Below the pieces are notes generated by a model, which worked only from the letters and a program-made list of their open reading frames with translations, ran no database searches and was not told the DNA's origin. This document shows positions 31,217 to 40,818 of a stretch of DNA of 64,000 nucleotides, piece by piece. How positions within the stretch are numbered: position 1 is the stretch's first letter; each line of letters opens with the position of its first letter. The DNA is taken from assembly GCA_963783305.1 (NCBI GenBank), contig CAWAMW010000007.1, positions 480,001-544,000 on the forward strand, in the 5' to 3' direction. The stretch is from an uncultured Gemmatimonadales bacterium (GTDB lineage: Bacteria; Gemmatimonadota; Gemmatimonadetes; Longimicrobiales; RSA9). Made by a program: the position numbers and the translations under genes.

Positions 31217-31545
31217 CTGTCACGCTTGGTCAGGAGCGATTCCGGAGACGGTCATCCGCCCCCGACCTCAACGTCGCATCCCTCCCGCGCGTCACGCCAA
31301 CGCGGTCGCTCGCTGCCCAGCGCGCCGAGCGCACGTTCTCCTGCCGCTCCGGTCCGGCACAAAGGGGCCGTTTACCGAACAAATTGCGGAGTAGTGCCGC
31401 TCGTTTTGGCTCCCGCCGCTACGGTAGTGTCTTCTCAAACCATTGGCGCCCAACAGAATCCACGAGTGACGGGCGGCGCCCCATGCGTGGGGCCGGCCGT
31501 TGCATGGTGCTCACCCGATCGGCCTACCACCCTCTGGAGCACCAC

Positions 31546-32160
31546 ATGGCCCTACCGTTTCGCCGTCCCCGCTTCCCACCGGAGCTGCGCGACCGGCTGC
31601 GGATGAAGACCGCGCTGGCGGGACATCAGGTAATCGAGGAGCACGTGCGCTCCGCCGTGGAAATGGTGGAGGAGGGGCTCGAGCACGCGCCGATCGAGCG
31701 CCTCCTGGCGGTGTACGCGCGCCTGCACCACATCGACGAGCAGGACGCGCGGAAGCTGCGCCAGCGCGTGCTCGCGGTTCTCAGCCAGACCGGGACCCCG
31801 GGGGGCTCCCTCCCCGAGCCCCGCTCCCCGTTCACGCGGCTGAGGCGCAGACTGCGCGGTCGGGCCAATCCGGAGTTGAGGGAATGGGTGGAACGTCATA
31901 CCGCCCGGGTCGAGCTGGCTATCGTGGATCTCCACGTGCGTCACGCGCTTGACGCCCTGACCCTGCTCGAGGACCACCTCACCGCCGATCATGCGGTCTC
32001 CCTCTATGGTGAGCTCCTCGGCCTCCGCCCTACCACGGCGGAGATGGTCCGGCTGGGCGTCTTCAAGGCTTTGCACGACCGGGAGACCCACAACGTCGAG
32101 CTCATCCGCCCGGGGGGTGCCATCCCGTACCCGCTGCGACGAGCCGAGACGGACGGCTGA
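31546..32160 (+). CDS. Hypothetical helical protein with an internal duplication
   Basis: GGAG RBS before ATG 31546; two similar segments IEEHVRSAVEMV...LLAVY and IVDLHVRHALDAL...AVSLY. Confidence 0.7.
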   Translation: MALPFRRPRFPPELRDRLRMKTALAGHQVIEEHVRSAVEMVEEGLEHAPIERLLAVYARLHHIDEQDARKLRQRVLAVLSQTGTPGGSLPEPRSPFTRLRRRLRGRANPELREWVERHTARVELAIVDLHVRHALDALTLLEDHLTADHAVSLYGELLGLRPTTAEMVRLGVFKALHDRETHNVELIRPGGAIPYPLRRAETDG

Positions 32161-32394
32161 GCCGATCCACGACCATTTCCGGGTCAGCTGGTAAGCGGCT
32201 CGAGACCCTCCAGCGGCCCTACCAGCAGGCAGATCGAGCCACTATGTTGCGTGTCGTTCTGGAGGCGAGTGAGCCTCGAGAGGCCAGGTAGTAGCATGAT
32301 CCCAACATGCACACTACCATGAACACCCCTTCAGAACAGCAGGATCGGCAGTAACGCGCAGGAACCGCGGAAGGACGCGGAGCAACACACATTT

Positions 32395-32468
32395 CGGGGC
32401 GTAGCGCAGTCCGGTAGCGCACCTGCTTTGGGAGCAGGGGGTCGCCGGTTCGAATCCGGCCGCCCCGA
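32395..32468 (+). tRNA. tRNA-Pro (UGG)
   Basis: CGGGGCG acceptor, CCTGC-TTTGGGA-GCAGG anticodon arm, GTTCGAATC; CCA not encoded. Confidence 0.97.
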
Positions 32469-32478
32469 CTCGTGCAAG

Positions 32479-32517
32479 ACAGAGAGCCGCAGGGACTTGA
32501 CCCCTGCGGCTCTCTGT
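32479..32517. terminator. 16-bp hairpin, probable bidirectional terminator
   Basis: ACAGAGAGCCGCAGGG / CCCTGCGGCTCTCTGT between the convergent tRNA-Pro and oxidoreductase genes. Confidence 0.7.
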
Positions 32518-32536
32518 GTCTCGAGCTCAGGGGAGA

Positions 32537-33502
32537 TCAACGGCTCCCGGGCTCGGACACCCGGAGCACGACCTTCCCACGGCCGTGGCCGGTGTCGAGA
32601 CGCTCGTGGGCGCGGCCCACCTGCTCCAGGGGGAGCACCTCATCGACGAGCGCGCGGACGGCGCCGCTCTCGAATACCGGACGCATCTCGTTCAGCCTTT
32701 CCCGCTCACGGGTGAGAAAGACGCCGTACAGGGCGATGTTCTTCTGGTACAGAAGCCCCAGGTCACCCTGCGGCGGGAGGATGCAGGCCACCCGGCCGTG
32801 GGGCCGCACGGCCGGTAGGGACCGGCTCACCAGGTCCGACCCCTGGATGTCGAACGCCGCGTGCGCGCCCTGGCCGTCCGTGGCCTCGAGCACCGCCTCC
32901 ACCACGTCGGCGGTGGCGTAGTCCAGCGCCACGTCGGCGCCCAGCTCCTCCAGTGTGGACTGGTTCGATGCGCTGGCCGTGGCAATGACTCGGGCGCCCG
33001 CGGCCCGGGCCATCTGGACGGCGAAGGAGCCGACGCCGCCGGAGCCGCCGTGAATCAACACGGTCTCGCCCGGCCGGAGCCGGAGTCGACGTACCACCGC
33101 CTCCCAGGCAGTCCCGCCCGCCAGCGGGATCGCGGCAGCCTCCGTCCAGTCCACCCCGCGGGGTTTCCGTGCGACGATCCCGGCCGCCGCCACGGTGTAC
33201 TCCGCATAGCTCCCTGAGGGGTTTCCCGGGATCTCCGGCGTGTAGTAGACCTCGTCGCCCGGCTCCAGGTCCGCCACGCCCGCCCCCACCTCCTCCACCA
33301 CGCCGGCCACATCGTACCCCAGGACCACCGGCGGCTTCAGCCCCGCCCACGAACCATCCTGACGGAGCTTGGCGTCGACGGGGTTAGTCCCCGACACCAC
33401 CACGCGGACCAGCACCTCGCCCGCGCCAGGCCTCGGACGCTCCACTTCCCGCTCCTCGAAGAGCTCGGGACCGCCGAATGACGGAAGGACCATGGCTCGC
33501 AT
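32537..33502 (-). CDS. MDR-family quinone oxidoreductase / zinc-binding dehydrogenase
   Basis: AGGAGG RBS, MRAMV, NPVD, GSYAEY, VLIHGGSGGVGSFAVQ and GKVVL motifs. Confidence 0.92.
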   Translation of the reverse strand: MRAMVLPSFGGPELFEEREVERPRPGAGEVLVRVVVSGTNPVDAKLRQDGSWAGLKPPVVLGYDVAGVVEEVGAGVADLEPGDEVYYTPEIPGNPSGSYAEYTVAAAGIVARKPRGVDWTEAAAIPLAGGTAWEAVVRRLRLRPGETVLIHGGSGGVGSFAVQMARAAGARVIATASASNQSTLEELGADVALDYATADVVEAVLEATDGQGAHAAFDIQGSDLVSRSLPAVRPHGRVACILPPQGDLGLLYQKNIALYGVFLTRERERLNEMRPVFESGAVRALVDEVLPLEQVGRAHERLDTGHGRGKVVLRVSEPGSR

Positions 33503-33598
33503 GCACCACCTCCTGGAACGGGATGACAGGGTGTGGCAAGCGGCCGGAAGAGGCGTGCCACAGTGAGGCCGGCCCGCTCCTTGCCCCGCCTGCGAACC

Positions 33599-34459
33599 AT
33601 GCAGATCGACCACGATCCCACGCGCCCGGGCTGGCCCCTGATCACCCTCGCTGCCCTCGCCGGGGGGGCCGCTCTCGCCGCGCTTTACGCCGCCGTCATC
33701 GAGCCGCGCCGCCTCGAGATCCGGCGCTCCCGCATCCACGTCCGCGGGCTCCCCGCCGACCTGGAGGGGCTCCGCATCGCGCTGCTCTCCGACTTCCACG
33801 CCGGCCGCCTCACGCCGCCTTCCGTCCTGCGCCGCGCCGCCCGCGCCACCATGGCCGCCCAACCAGACCTCATCGCCCTCGCCGGCGACTTCGTGGACCG
33901 CGACGCCAGCGACCTCGACCGCGCCCTCGACGCACTCCGCCAGCTCCGGGCACCCCTCGGCGTCTACGCCGTGCCCGGCAACCACGACCATGTCCATGGC
34001 GGCCTCCCCGCATGGATCCGCACCATGAGGAAGGAGGCGCGCCTCCACGACCTCACCAATCGCTATGTCCTTATCCACCGCGGCGACGCCACGCTCTGCG
34101 TTGCGGGCGTAGACGACCTGGAGGAGGGAACCCCGCGGCTCGTTCTCCCACCCGCCGGAGACCGCGACTTTACTCTCCTCCTCGCCCACAACCCCGACCA
34201 GGCCGAGCAGAGCCGTCGCAGCGCCGACGCCATCGACCTCATCGTCTCCGGCCACACACACGGCGGTCAGATCCGCATTCCCACCATCGGCCCCGTCCTC
34301 CGCAAATCTCCCATCTACGACGAGGGACTCCGCCGCCGCCCCTGGACCCAGGTCTACACCTCCCGCGGCCTCGGAACCACCTTCCTCCCCCTCCGCTTCC
34401 ACGCCCCCCCCGAACTCGCAATCCTAGAACTCACCTCCACCCCTCGCCCCCCCGCCTGA
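33599..34459 (+). CDS. Membrane-anchored metallophosphoesterase (YkuE/YaeI-like)
   Basis: SDFH, GDFVD, GNHD, LAHNPD, SGHTHGGQ and SRGLG motifs. Confidence 0.92.
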   Translation: MQIDHDPTRPGWPLITLAALAGGAALAALYAAVIEPRRLEIRRSRIHVRGLPADLEGLRIALLSDFHAGRLTPPSVLRRAARATMAAQPDLIALAGDFVDRDASDLDRALDALRQLRAPLGVYAVPGNHDHVHGGLPAWIRTMRKEARLHDLTNRYVLIHRGDATLCVAGVDDLEEGTPRLVLPPAGDRDFTLLLAHNPDQAEQSRRSADAIDLIVSGHTHGGQIRIPTIGPVLRKSPIYDEGLRRRPWTQVYTSRGLGTTFLPLRFHAPPELAILELTSTPRPPA

Positions 34460-34461
34460 CT

Positions 34462-34683
34462 CCACCCTGCGAGCGCAGCCGAACCACCCTGCGAGCGCAG
34501 CCGAGCCACCCTGCGAGCGTAGCGAGCCATACTGCGAGGCGCAGCCGAGCCACCCTGCGAGCGTAGCGAGCCATACTGCGAGGCGCAGCCGAGCCACCCT
34601 GCGAGCGTAGCGAGCCATACTGCGAGGCGCAGCCGAGCCACCCTGCGAGCGTAGCGAGCCATACTGCGAGGCGCAGCCGAGCC
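34462..34683. repeat. Tandem repeat array: two 22-nt units, then four copies of a 44-nt (21+23) dimer
   Basis: CCACCCTGCGAGCGCAGCCGAR x2, then (CCACCCTGCGAGCGTAGCGAG CCATACTGCGAGGCGCAGCCGAG) x4. Confidence 0.95.
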
Positions 34684-34690
34684 GCCCCCC

Positions 34691-34749
34691 TTGACCCCAC
34701 CACCCCCCCGACCCTAAAGTTAGACCACCCAGTCTAACCACCCGGTCTA
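34691..34749 (+). promoter_or_regulatory. Sigma70-type promoter overlapped by a putative TetR operator
   Basis: TTGACC(34691)-18 nt-TAAAGT(34715); palindrome GTTAGAC-N6-GTCTAAC(34719-34738); ACCACCCRGTCTA repeated twice. Confidence 0.7.
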
Positions 34750-34768
34750 CACCGCAAGGGGAGCCGTC

Positions 34769-35410
34769 ATGGCCCGCGCTCGCTTCGACAACCTCGACCT
34801 CGACCGACAGGAGGCGATCCTTGCCGCGGCCGGAGAGGAATTCGCCTCCAACGGCTACAGCGGCGCGTCGTTGAACCGGATCATCGAGGCGGCCGGCATC
34901 AGCAAGGGCTCGCTCTATTATTATTTCGACGACAAGGGCGACCTCTTCGCCTCTGTGATCGACGAGACGATGGAGCGGCTCATCGGGGATATCGGCGGGT
35001 TCGCGCTCGACCGGCTCGATCGGGTCAACTACTGGGAGTCGGTGCGGGCGTTCGGGCTTCGCTCCACGGCGCTCATGAGCAAGGACGCCTGGTATGTCCG
35101 TCTCGCGCTGGCGTTCCCGCGCCTGAGGGACGACCCGGAGGCGGTGTCGGGGGTGCGCGCCGCGCTGGAGTGGAGCCGTCGTCTGACGAGGGACCTGCTG
35201 GCGCGGGGTCGGGAGCTCCAGGTGGTGCGCCGTGACCTCCCGCTGGGGCTGCTGGTGGAGGTGACGATGGCGGCGGATGAGGCGGGAGATCGCTGGATGA
35301 TGGAGCGGCTGGATGAGTACCAGGGCGATGCGTTGACGAAACTGGTGGAGGCGAGGATCGACATGATGCGCGACATGCTGGACGCCGACAACGAGGGGTG
35401 GGAATCATGA
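34769..35410 (+). CDS. TetR/AcrR-family regulator
   Basis: ILAAAGEEFASNGYSGASLNRIIEAAGISKGSLYYYFDDKGDLF HTH. Confidence 0.95.
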   Translation: MARARFDNLDLDRQEAILAAAGEEFASNGYSGASLNRIIEAAGISKGSLYYYFDDKGDLFASVIDETMERLIGDIGGFALDRLDRVNYWESVRAFGLRSTALMSKDAWYVRLALAFPRLRDDPEAVSGVRAALEWSRRLTRDLLARGRELQVVRRDLPLGLLVEVTMAADEAGDRWMMERLDEYQGDALTKLVEARIDMMRDMLDADNEGWES

Positions 35411-36168
35411 ATGCACGGGGACTGATCGGAGCTCTGATGGTGCTGGCCGTCGCCGGAGTAACGCCCGTCTCGGCCCAGCGGCTGCCCTCCATCGACGAGG
35501 TGGTGGACCACCTGGACGAGCTGTACCGGTCCAGCTCCTCGCACGCGACCATGACCATGACCGTGGTCCGGGAGCGGGGCACGCGGGAGCTGACCATCGA
35601 GAGCTGGTCGCGCGGAGAGGACGACGCGCTCATGGTGATTCGCTCGCCTTCACGCGAAGCGGGCACCGCAACGCTCCGGACGCAGGAGGGGCTGTGGAAC
35701 TACGCGCCGCGGGCCGACCGCCTCATCCGCATCCCGACCGGGCTCCTGTCCGAGAGCTGGATGGGGAGCCACTTCACCAACGATGACCTCATGCGGGAGA
35801 CCAGCTACGACGACGATTATGAGAGCGAGCTTTCTTGGGCGGAGCGGGACGGTACTCGCCACCTCCTGGTCACCATGACGCCGCGGCCGGAGGCGCCCGT
35901 CGTGTACACGCGCGTTCTCTTCTGGCTGACGCCCGAGGACTGGATCCCCGTCGCGGAGGAGTTCTACGACCGCGGCGAGCTCATGCGCGTCATGACCTTC
36001 GACGAGATCGAGGAGGTCGCGGGACGGAAGCTCCCCATGCGGATGACGCTGGTGCCCACGGACGAGCCGGATCAGCGGACGGTGGTCCGTTACAACGCGC
36101 TCGAGCTCGACATCCCGGTCGACGGCGACCTGTTCACTCGCCGCGGGTTGCGCCGGATCGCCCGGTGA
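35407..36168 (+). CDS. LolA-like outer membrane lipoprotein-sorting protein
   Basis: Signal peptide; LWNYAPRADRLIRI, SWMGSHFTNDDL and FTRRGLR motifs. Confidence 0.85.
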   Translation: MNARGLIGALMVLAVAGVTPVSAQRLPSIDEVVDHLDELYRSSSSHATMTMTVVRERGTRELTIESWSRGEDDALMVIRSPSREAGTATLRTQEGLWNYAPRADRLIRIPTGLLSESWMGSHFTNDDLMRETSYDDDYESELSWAERDGTRHLLVTMTPRPEAPVVYTRVLFWLTPEDWIPVAEEFYDRGELMRVMTFDEIEEVAGRKLPMRMTLVPTDEPDQRTVVRYNALELDIPVDGDLFTRRGLRRIAR

Positions 36169-37469
36169 TCGCCTTCAAGCTCGGGCTCCGCAACCTCCTC
36201 CGGAACCGCTGGCGCAGCGCCCTGACGCTCGCCGCCGTGGCCGTGGCCGTGGGACTCATGGTGTGGACTCTGGGGTTCTACGAGGGCTGGATCCAGCAAA
36301 TGGTGCGCGGCGCGACGGGCGTCGAGAGCCTCCAGGTCCAGATCCAGACGGCCGGCCGCATCGAGGCCCCGCGCGTTTATGAATCGTTCGCCCTCGACGA
36401 CCAGGAGCTCCGCCGGATCCTCGCCGTACCCGGCGTCCAGGCCGTGACCCCGAGGGTCGAGCTCCATGGACTGCTCGGCAACGAGCAGCGCTCCCAGGTC
36501 GCACGCTTCGTGGGGGTCCGCCCCCAGCTCGAGGCTGCAGCCACGCCCGTTACCGCGGGGCTCACCGCCGGACGTTGGCTCGACCCGACGCCTCCCGAGT
36601 ACCCGGCGCCCCGCGAGACCGTCATCGGCGCCGGCCTGGCCCGGCAGCTCCACGTAGAACCGGGATCCGAGCTCGTCGTCTTCCTCGAGGCCGCCGATGG
36701 CTCCCTGGGCAACGAGCTCCTCCGCGTCGTCGGCGTGGTCCGGACCGGCAACACCGAGATCGACCGGATGACGGCCTACATGCACCTCGAGGACGCCCAG
36801 TACCTGGCCGCCCTCGATGGTCAGGTCCACGAGATCGCCATCAGGACGGCCGACCCCGATGATGCCATCGGCGTCGGCCGCGCCATCGCTGGCGCCCTCG
36901 GGCTCCGCGACTCCGCGCCCGAGGACGGAGCCGTAGAGCGGGGAGAGGTGGAGGCCGGCGAGCGCGTGGTCCGCCCGTGGCAGGAGATCAACCCGTCCAT
37001 GGCCCAGATGCTCGTACTCTTCCGCCAGTCGTACGGCTTCATGTACCTGCTGATCTACCTCGTGGCCGCCGTCGGCATCGTCAACACGCAGCGCATGAGC
37101 GCCATGGAGCGCCGCCGGGAGTTCGGCGTCATGCTCGCCATCGGGATGCGCCCTCGTCGCCTGTTCCGCACACTCGTCGCCGAGACGCTGGTGCTCGGGC
37201 TCGTGGGCGCCCTCATTGGCGCCGTCGGGGGCACCCTCCTCACCTGGTACCACGCCACCGCCGGGTTCGACATGACCCTGTTCACCGACCAGGCCAGCTT
37301 CTCCATGATGGGCGTCACCTTCAGCGACCGCATCTACTTCGAGCTCTGGCCCGGCGCCGTCATCCAGCCCGTGCTGGTCATGCTCTTCGTGGCCGCACTG
37401 AGCGGCCTCTGGCCCGCCATCCGCGCGGCCCGGATCGATCCGGCCCCCACCATCGCCGGGAGGACCTGA
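36165..37469 (+). CDS. ABC transporter permease (FtsX/LolE-like)
   Basis: RNLLRNRWRSALT, periplasmic domain, ERRREFGVMLAIGM and WPAIRAARIDP motifs. Confidence 0.92.
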   Translation: MIAFKLGLRNLLRNRWRSALTLAAVAVAVGLMVWTLGFYEGWIQQMVRGATGVESLQVQIQTAGRIEAPRVYESFALDDQELRRILAVPGVQAVTPRVELHGLLGNEQRSQVARFVGVRPQLEAAATPVTAGLTAGRWLDPTPPEYPAPRETVIGAGLARQLHVEPGSELVVFLEAADGSLGNELLRVVGVVRTGNTEIDRMTAYMHLEDAQYLAALDGQVHEIAIRTADPDDAIGVGRAIAGALGLRDSAPEDGAVERGEVEAGERVVRPWQEINPSMAQMLVLFRQSYGFMYLLIYLVAAVGIVNTQRMSAMERRREFGVMLAIGMRPRRLFRTLVAETLVLGLVGALIGAVGGTLLTWYHATAGFDMTLFTDQASFSMMGVTFSDRIYFELWPGAVIQPVLVMLFVAALSGLWPAIRAARIDPAPTIAGRT

Positions 37470-38710
37470 TGCTGCTCAAGCTGGCGTGGCGCAACCTCTG
37501 GCGGCACCGCACACGCACCCTCATCATGGGCTCCGCGGTCGCACTGGCGTATGCCCTCATGCTCGTCGGGATCTCGATCAATGACGACGGACACCAGCGG
37601 ATGGCACGGGAGGCCGCGAAGGCCGCCGGCGGTGATGTCCTGGTCCACGGCGCCGGCTACTGGGACAGCCGCGCCAGCGACATCATCATCGAGGACGGCC
37701 CGAACGTCCTCTCCCTGGTTCGATCCGTGGAAGGCGTGCAGACAGCGCTTCCCAGGATCCTCATCAGCGGCCTCGTCAGCACTTCCGCGGACAACCGACC
37801 GATCCTGCTCCAGGGGATCGATCCGGAGACGGAGAGGGTCCTCCATGACTACCACGAAGATCTCGTGGGCGGCACCTATTTCGTCGGTGAGCAGAGCGAC
37901 CCGCTGATCCTCGGAGCGCGGGCGGTCGAGCGCCTCGAGGCGGAGATCGGCGACCGGATCGTCCTGACCACCAGCGGTCCCGACGGGGAGATGACCCGGG
38001 CCCTCTTCCACCTGAGCGGGATCCTGGAGATGGGGACCCGGGAGCTGGACGAGTCCCTCGGCCTCACCACGATCGCGGCGGCCCGGCGCGCCCTGGGCCA
38101 TGAGACCATGTTGACCCAGATCGGCGTCCTCACCACCCAGGCCGCCGACCACGACCAGGTCGCCAGCGCCATCCGCAGCTCCGTCGACGCGGTCGATCCC
38201 GGCATGGAAGTGCTGCCCTGGGAGACGGCGATCCCGGAGATGGTTGGCCTCATCGAGATCGACGACGCCTTCGGCTACATCTACTTTGCGATCATCTTCG
38301 CCGTCGTCCTCTTCTCCATCACCAACACCTTCCTGATGGCCGTCATGGAGCGGGTCCGCGAGTTCGGCCTGCTGAACGCGCTCGGGCTGCGGGATGTCCG
38401 TATCGGACAGCTCCTCCTCGTGGAAAGCGTGCTCATGACGCTCCTTGCCATGGGCGCCGGCTTTCTCGTGGGTCTCGCCGGCCACCTGGCGGCCGCCCAC
38501 TGGGGGATCCCGCTCTCCTCCTACGGCATCGAGGAGATCGAGATATCGGGCGTGGACATGGCCGACCTCGTCATGTACAGCACCATCAATCCGCTGAAAT
38601 GGGGCATCGCCTCGGCACTCGTGGCCGTGACCACGGTCGCCTCCGCTCTCTACCCGGCATGGCGGGCCACGCGCCTGGCACCGGCTGAGGCCATGCGGTT
38701 CTACGAATGA
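37469..38710 (+). CDS. ABC transporter permease (FtsX/LolE-like)
   Basis: LAWRNLWRHRTRT, NTFLMAVMERVREFGLL and YPAWRATRLAPAEAMR motifs. Confidence 0.92.
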   Translation: MLLKLAWRNLWRHRTRTLIMGSAVALAYALMLVGISINDDGHQRMAREAAKAAGGDVLVHGAGYWDSRASDIIIEDGPNVLSLVRSVEGVQTALPRILISGLVSTSADNRPILLQGIDPETERVLHDYHEDLVGGTYFVGEQSDPLILGARAVERLEAEIGDRIVLTTSGPDGEMTRALFHLSGILEMGTRELDESLGLTTIAAARRALGHETMLTQIGVLTTQAADHDQVASAIRSSVDAVDPGMEVLPWETAIPEMVGLIEIDDAFGYIYFAIIFAVVLFSITNTFLMAVMERVREFGLLNALGLRDVRIGQLLLVESVLMTLLAMGAGFLVGLAGHLAAAHWGIPLSSYGIEEIEISGVDMADLVMYSTINPLKWGIASALVAVTTVASALYPAWRATRLAPAEAMRFYE

Positions 38711-38721
38711 GGAACAGAGCC

Positions 38722-39471
38722 ATGACCGACTCGCACACGACCACGACCGCTTCACCCGGCCTGATCGAAAACGGTGCTCTCATCCGCGCCCGGGGCCTCA
38801 CGAAGACATACCGGCAGGGCCAGGTCGACATCCCGGCGCTGCGGGGTGTGGATTTGGACGTGGGGGAAGGGGAGTTCACGGCTCTTGCCGGGCCCTCCGG
38901 GTCCGGGAAGACGACCCTTCTGAACATTATCGGCGCGCTCGACAGCCCCACCAGCGGAAGCGTCGAGGTCGCCGGGCGGGATGTGAGCAGGCTGGGAAAG
39001 GGCGAGGCCGCGGAGTTCCGGCTCGACACGGTGGGGTTCATCTTCCAGGCCTACAACCTCGTGCCGGTCCTCACGGCGTACGAGAACGCAGAATTCACAC
39101 TCCTGCTGCGGGGACGTCCAACGGCCGAGCGGCGAGCCATCGTGGTGCCGCTCCTCGAGCGGGTCGGGCTGGCCGACATGATGACCCGCAAGCCCCACGA
39201 GCTCAGCGGCGGTCAACAGCAGCGCGTGGCCGTGGTGCGCGCCCTGGCCACGCACCCGTCGCTCATCCTCGCTGATGAACCCACGGCCAACCTCGACAGC
39301 GAGACCTCGGCCGGCCTCCTGGACCTGATGCTGGAGCTCAACCGCGAGCTCGGCACCACCTTCGTCTTCTCCACGCACGACCCCACCGTCATCGACCGCG
39401 CCCGGCGCATCGTGCGCCTCGTCGACGGCCGCGTGCACGAGGAGGCCCGCGCCGACGGAGCCGGACCATGA
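38722..39471 (+). CDS. ABC transporter ATP-binding protein (LolD/MacB-like)
   Basis: GPSGSGKT, LSGGQQQRV, ILADEPTANLD and STHD motifs. Confidence 0.95.
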   Translation: MTDSHTTTTASPGLIENGALIRARGLTKTYRQGQVDIPALRGVDLDVGEGEFTALAGPSGSGKTTLLNIIGALDSPTSGSVEVAGRDVSRLGKGEAAEFRLDTVGFIFQAYNLVPVLTAYENAEFTLLLRGRPTAERRAIVVPLLERVGLADMMTRKPHELSGGQQQRVAVVRALATHPSLILADEPTANLDSETSAGLLDLMLELNRELGTTFVFSTHDPTVIDRARRIVRLVDGRVHEEARADGAGP

Positions 39472-40769
39472 CTATGACCATGACCTCCGGGACCAGGGAG
39501 CCCCGCAGGGCGTCGGGCCTGCCGGCCATGATCCTGGCCGGCACGATCATGGCCTCCGCCGCTTTCGCCCTCGACCCCGGACCCGTGGCGGCGCAGTGGG
39601 TCCTCCTCGAGGGCGGGGACGCTCGCCTCGAGTTCAGCGGATACCTGCGCGCCTTCACCGGCATTTACGACCGCGGCTTCGACCTCCCGGACGGGCTCCC
39701 GCCCTCCCTCACTTCCTCGCGTACCTCCGGCTTCCACAGTCAGGTGGGCCGCGCGAAGTGGCAGCTGCTCGGAGAGGGCTGGCGCTTCGAGCTCCACGAC
39801 CGGGTTCAGGTGCGGGTGCCCAGCGGAGACACCGAGCCCGTGATCGGCCTCGGTGTGAGCACGATCCCGGAGCGGCTCGTCGACCTCGAGACCGAGCTGG
39901 TCAGCAGTCGGAGCGTGCGCGCCTGGCACGACGTGGACCGGCTCAGCGTCTCCCTCTACACGGGCGTGGCCAATGTCACCGTCGGACGTCAGGCGATCAC
40001 GTGGGGCGTCTCGTCGATCTTCCCCGTGGCGGACCTCTGGGCTCGGTTCAGCCCCTTCGAGCTCGACACCGAGGAGAAGCCCGGGATCGACGCCGTCCGC
40101 GCGTTATTCTATCCCGTCGAGGGGCTGGAGCTGGACGCCGTGGTTGCCGACCGCGGTCGCGCCGAGGACCTGTCGATCGGACTGCGCGGCACGTACGCCG
40201 GTCCCGCCGCGGACTTCTGGGCCGGCGCCGGCAAGTTCTGGCGCGAGGCGATGGTGATGGGTGGCGTCTCCTTCATGCTCGACCAGACTCGTCTTCGAGG
40301 AGAGCTGGTACTGCCGTGGGACCTGGAGGACGACGTTCTGCAGGACCCACGCGCCACCCTGGGCTTCGACTGGCTCCAGGGCACTTTCTCGCTGACCGGG
40401 GAATATCACTTCAACGGGATCGGCGCCTCCGACGCCGACCGCTACGCGGGCACCCTGCAGGATGCGCGCTTCACCCGGGGAGAGACCTACTATCTGGGCC
40501 GCCACTACCTCGGCGGCGCCGCGAGCTGGAGCCCCGATCAGGAGAACCGCGCGTCACTCGCGCTCAGCGCCCTGGCCAACCTGCAGGACGGCAGCGCCGC
40601 CTTCACGCCACTCCTGGGCTACGACCTCGGGCAGACGACTCGGCTGTCGCTCGGTGGCCTGCTCTCGGTGGGGAAGACGCCCTCTCTTGCTGGCCCGGAT
40701 CCACGTCTCCGCAGCGAGTTCGGCACGTACGGCAACCTTCTCTTCACCCGGATTTCGGTCTTCTTCTGA
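39468..40769 (+). CDS. Putative outer-membrane beta-barrel protein
   Basis: Signal peptide, amphipathic beta strands, GRQAITWG, EKPGIDAVR and a C-terminal F. Confidence 0.75.
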   Translation: MTMTMTSGTREPRRASGLPAMILAGTIMASAAFALDPGPVAAQWVLLEGGDARLEFSGYLRAFTGIYDRGFDLPDGLPPSLTSSRTSGFHSQVGRAKWQLLGEGWRFELHDRVQVRVPSGDTEPVIGLGVSTIPERLVDLETELVSSRSVRAWHDVDRLSVSLYTGVANVTVGRQAITWGVSSIFPVADLWARFSPFELDTEEKPGIDAVRALFYPVEGLELDAVVADRGRAEDLSIGLRGTYAGPAADFWAGAGKFWREAMVMGGVSFMLDQTRLRGELVLPWDLEDDVLQDPRATLGFDWLQGTFSLTGEYHFNGIGASDADRYAGTLQDARFTRGETYYLGRHYLGGAASWSPDQENRASLALSALANLQDGSAAFTPLLGYDLGQTTRLSLGGLLSVGKTPSLAGPDPRLRSEFGTYGNLLFTRISVFF

Positions 40770-40818
40770 ACCGCGCCCCCGGCGCTCACACCCCGGCGCT
40801 CACACCCGGGCCGAGCCC

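Noticed and set aside
32537..34402. 621-aa fusion ORF on the minus strand
   Set aside because: The N-terminal half is the antisense of the metallophosphoesterase; the real start is ATG 33502 after AGGAGG
34462..34683. CRISPR array
   Set aside because: The alternating units are identical between copies, there are no unique spacers, and no cas genes are in the window
34354..34741. Repetitive ORFs over the tandem array
   Set aside because: They are translations of the DNA repeat in several frames, with no RBS or protein-like features
40777..40804. 14-nt direct repeat CCCCGGCGCTCACA x2
   Set aside because: A short local duplication between convergent stops, with no evidence of function
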